Origin: Iphione sp. A-MEVVRFRX5
Taxonomy: Eukaryota
Reading direction: 5' to 3'
Assembly (NCBI GenBank): GCA_976226885.1
Contig: OZ320315.1
Location: forward strand, 97,278,001 to 97,342,000
Length of the DNA stretch: 64,000 nt
This document shows, piece after piece, positions 60,855-64,000 of the stretch (the stretch's first letter is position 1; each line of letters begins with the position of its first letter). The notes beneath the pieces were generated by a model. That model was not told the origin of the DNA, searched no databases, and worked only from the letters and a program-made list of their open reading frames with translations. Both the position numbers and the translations under genes were made by a program.

Positions 60855-62250
60855 CCTCTAAAGCACAGCTGCCATTTTTTTCCTCTTTAGGCCAATATGG
60901 CCAAGTGTACAAATAAATTGCATATTGTCATTGTTTGGATTAGTATTTGGAGGTGTGAAGGAGGTGTGAGAGAGCAAGAGATTGGAACCGTGTCACTCTT
61001 GAAGCTGTGAAAAGAATTACATAAGGAACCAACAATGGTGGTATGAATGTTAACTTTGGCATTTAATAAATAAATAAAATGGAAGAAAACAGGAATAACC
61101 ATATACAAATCAAGTAGAAAAAGATATTATTGAAAACACTGAAATATATTTTATGCAGTTAACTTACAATTCCACAAGCACCTTCTTACCCTGCTTCACC
61201 AACACGACCTGAATGACATAAGCTGCAACTAGAACAGTGAAAACATTGCAGTTGACTAGACTGCGGAATCTCTCTTGAGATAATTCCGGAGTATTCACCT
61301 GACATACTGAGAAGTGGAGGGGACAGGACTTACTTCGTAAGGTGGTGACTGGATAATTGTCAATTTTTCTGGTAAGACAGACATTTGCTTAGGGGGGGGG
61401 GGGGTTATACCGCTGGAGACCCGCTGCAATATTGGTCAGGGTACCTGATGAAATATAAATATATAGGAATTTGTTAGAATCTTGGCTAAATTGTCATTTT
61501 GATGGGAAAAATGTAAAATTCATACGTTCCCCTGGGAAATATTTTACTAACCTGAAGGGTAATCTTCGTTGTCCTTTTTGCGGATTTCCGTTATAAATCG
61601 TGCAAGCCAATAATCCAGAAGTCTCAATTTTTCTGTTTTCAGGAAAAGGCCAATTTGGGTCTATCTGTGATGCTATTTACTATTCCTCCATGTTCGCCAT
61701 TGGCCCTCAATGACGAAGCCTGCATATTTTATGGAATACGCTGACTTAATTGAATCTGAAACTCCTCCTGTGACACCACCTCTGTTTAGCATTCATCCAA
61801 ATGTGAATAATCAACTTCCTGGTCTGACAATTCGAGTGGTGGAGGAGTTTCCAGCTGTGAATACTGCTGTGAGCACTGTTGTCAAGCGAAATGCTGGGAT
61901 TCAATTTGATCCAGCTGAGTGAGAATAATATCCAAACCTGGATTGAAATTTGGCATTTCATACAGCCAACCTTCAATGTTGAGGGTCAGGACTGCAGTGG
62001 TTGAGTTGACGTTGCATGTAAGGAAAGGGTCGAAATTGTTTGACTAAAGCTGTGAAAAACCAAAGCATGAAGATGTTTGTGTGTGTGTCTGTGTGTTAGG
62101 GGGGGCATGCTTTAAGTTAGATACATACCTTGTAGAGCGTGTACTTGATACATTGCCACCCTAGGGATACACTCAGTGTCGTCTCTTGCTAATCCCTAGT
62201 GTGGCAATATATCATGTACACCGCTCTCCTCGGTATGTATCTATAACGTA
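60855..62250 (-). mobile_element. Crypton copy 5, internally deleted (non-autonomous-like), intron 61445-61551, both end regions retained
   Basis: WRTWRNSK...LLDYWLARFITEIRKKDNEDYPSG|TLTNIAAGLQRY jumps to VIQVVLVKQGKKVLVEL* near 61165. The 3' block is homologous to copy 1. 5' palindrome 62119-62242. Confidence 0.85.
62119..62242. repeat. ~50-bp-arm palindrome at the 5' terminus of Crypton copy 5
   Basis: AGATACATACCTTGTAGAGCGTGTACTTGATACATTGCCACCCTAGGGAT pairs with 62192-62242, with a few mismatches or bulges and a 23-nt loop. Confidence 0.9.
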
Positions 62251-62301
62251 TGCGTTTCTGAGATCACCTGTCCAGCCATCTGATGGAGTGTCGCGGTCAG
62301 G

Positions 62302-62863
62302 TCATTGGTCGTTGGTAGAGAATGCTTGTGCTGCATCCCACTTCTTCTGCACATAACTATTGACGCCATGTCCTGGAGGGAACGATGGAGCCACTATGAC
62401 GCGTCGGCTGCTGTCGCTCCTAGGCCGAATCATCAGAGGCGCTTCAACAAACCAGGGCTCAAAGGTTTTTCTTGTGGTTAAAACGAAGGATATACCATAG
62501 TCTATGATTGGCAGAATGAATGCCTGAAACACCCTTAGCAGCTCTTTAAGTAGTAACAAATGACAAACCTTTGACAAACCATATGCTCTCTGTCTTAGCC
62601 TTGCTCTAATTTTGTCCACCATTGGCTTCCAAAGGATCACCAAACAAAAACCACGGTGATGGCGGACAGTCCTCTGACACCAGTCTCTTAAAAGAGGCAG
62701 GCAAAGATGGTTTCATCTGCTCCCTTCGATGTTTAATAAGGGACTGGTGGGCAGACCCCAGCTGCACCAGGGCGTCTACCAAAGCATCATGGGCGGACTT
62801 GGCCCAGGTATGCTGCTCCACCATGGGGGCTATATGCTCGAGTGCCCTGCACCCCGCAATCAT
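62302..62863 (-). pseudogene. Fused scraps: DIRS-type gag fragment, LINE RT C-terminal fragment and DIRS/Ngaro RT N-terminal fragment
   Basis: HRREQMKPSLPASFKRL...LFGDPLE (gag-like); FQAFILPIIDYG (LINE); PWFVEAPLMIRPRSDSSRRVIVAPSFPPGHGVN (YR-retro RT). Confidence 0.7.
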
Positions 62864-62899
62864 GCCCCTATATTCTTAGATCATCTATGTTTCCCTTTT

Positions 62900-63475
62900 T
62901 CTATACTCTTTTAAAAAAAAGTCCCTGTTTTTCCTAGCCTCTCTTATCACAGTCAATTCCTTGTTTCTTTTCTTTTTCTTCACCCCTGGACACAACTCCC
63001 TCGCAGCATTCTCAATACCTTCCTGAAGTATATTCCATTTCTCCTCTGCTGCCATATTTGGTCTTCCCTCTAGGTTATTCTTTGTCTCAGATAACCAATC
63101 TTTTATTGCCCATCTATCCTCCCCTTTCCAAGTACCTTCTCCAATAATGGCTCATCTGTTTTGTTCCATGAGTTTTTTTATTTACTAGATAAACCGGGAC
63201 ATGATCATTCACGTAAATATGCAGCACCGCTGCCTCTAACACATGTTTCATGCTGGTACATAAAATGTCCAGTATGCTTTTGCTCAACTTGTAGATTATT
63301 GTTGGCTGGTCTATGTACTGTTCTAACCTAGTTGAACAGACACCTGCTGTTTTTTGACCAGTCAATGTTAAGGTCCCCTCCTAAAATGATGTCGGGATCC
63401 CTTTTATTTGATATTTCCTTCATAACACTCAACAGCTCTTTCATCCCAATAAAGCCATCACTCTGTGAAACGTTC
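62900..63475 (-). pseudogene. LINE APE C-terminal fragment and linker
   Basis: IILGGDLNIDW (63328..63555) and LHIYVNDHVPVYLV (63114..63365). Confidence 0.75.
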
Positions 63476-63489
63476 AAGTTTTGAAAACT

Positions 63490-64000
63490 AGAACCACTCC
63501 TCTGCATCCACGGAGTGGTGGCTTTATTGAGAGAGGTTTTTGAGCAACCAACCATTATTAAGAATGGCAGTCAAACAACAACATAACGATGGGATGAAAT
63601 ACTGCCATTTATTATGCTCACCTATCGACTAACCCCCATGCTACTACTAAAATCCCTCCTTATAAACTAATGTTTGGACATGCCCTGCTGTCTGTTGAGA
63701 TTTTTTAAGAGCGCCCTCCAGAGGATCAGGAGGAGTCATTGGCAGATCACTATAACCTATGACTTAGAAGACGGTTGCAGAAGATGGCTGCTATGATTCA
63801 AGAATGACTCGGGATAGCTGCAAAAGTACAAAAGAAGGCATATAATCAATGGGTATGAAAACGAGAGATTCTGAATAACAGTAATATCTGGTTATATGAC
63901 CCCCAGTATCAACACATGAAGAAAGGAAAATGTTTTTCCTGGAGGGGTCCCTGTCTACATTTATATGTACTGGAGCAAGGAAGTTTCTGATGTCGATTCA
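63490..64000 (+). pseudogene. Ty3/gypsy-type integrase fragment (core end + GPY/F-like region); the only plus-strand TE found
   Basis: RTTPLHPRSGGFIER (63490-63534); WDEILPFIMLTYRLTPHATTKIPPYKLMFG (63590-63680); IWLYDP...KKGK..WRGP (63886-63950). Confidence 0.85.

Noticed and set aside
60499-60912. ORF as a Crypton catalytic fragment (KNGSCALE resembling FALRGG)
   Set aside because: The DNA aligns to the block downstream of the stop in Crypton copy 1, so the resemblance is probably coincidental. The ORF is a read-through across a deletion junction.
61710-61922. Plus-strand 70-aa ORF as a small gene
   Set aside because: It lies antisense to the N-terminal region of Crypton copy 5, with no motif support.

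Overview
This is animal genomic DNA, probably from an invertebrate (an inference from the TE content). I found no host gene in it. About 63 kb is a nested, decayed mosaic of three unrelated transposon classes. (1) Non-LTR retrotransposons (APE endonuclease + RT, broadly L2/CR1-group-like). The best copies have three ORFs: an L1-type ORF1 fused to a C-terminal NADAR (YbiA-like) domain, a separate SGNH/GDSL hydrolase ORF, and APE-RT. (2) Tyrosine-recombinase retrotransposons of the DIRS/Ngaro group (gag, RT-RNase H, YR); two end in B-A-B split direct repeats. (3) Five Crypton (DUF3504-type tyrosine recombinase) DNA transposon copies. All five share one phase-1 intron, and two carry a large terminal palindrome conserved in structure rather than sequence. 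Roughly 30 recognisable TE segments all lie on the minus strand. The only plus-strand TE I found is a Ty3/gypsy integrase fragment in the last 0.5 kb. This strand bias resembles a uni-strand piRNA-cluster-type TE trap. One Crypton (29634-31955) can be excised on paper to restore the reading frame of the LINE endonuclease it interrupts. All assignments come from motif reading by eye; no database search was run. Element boundaries are approximate unless stated otherwise.
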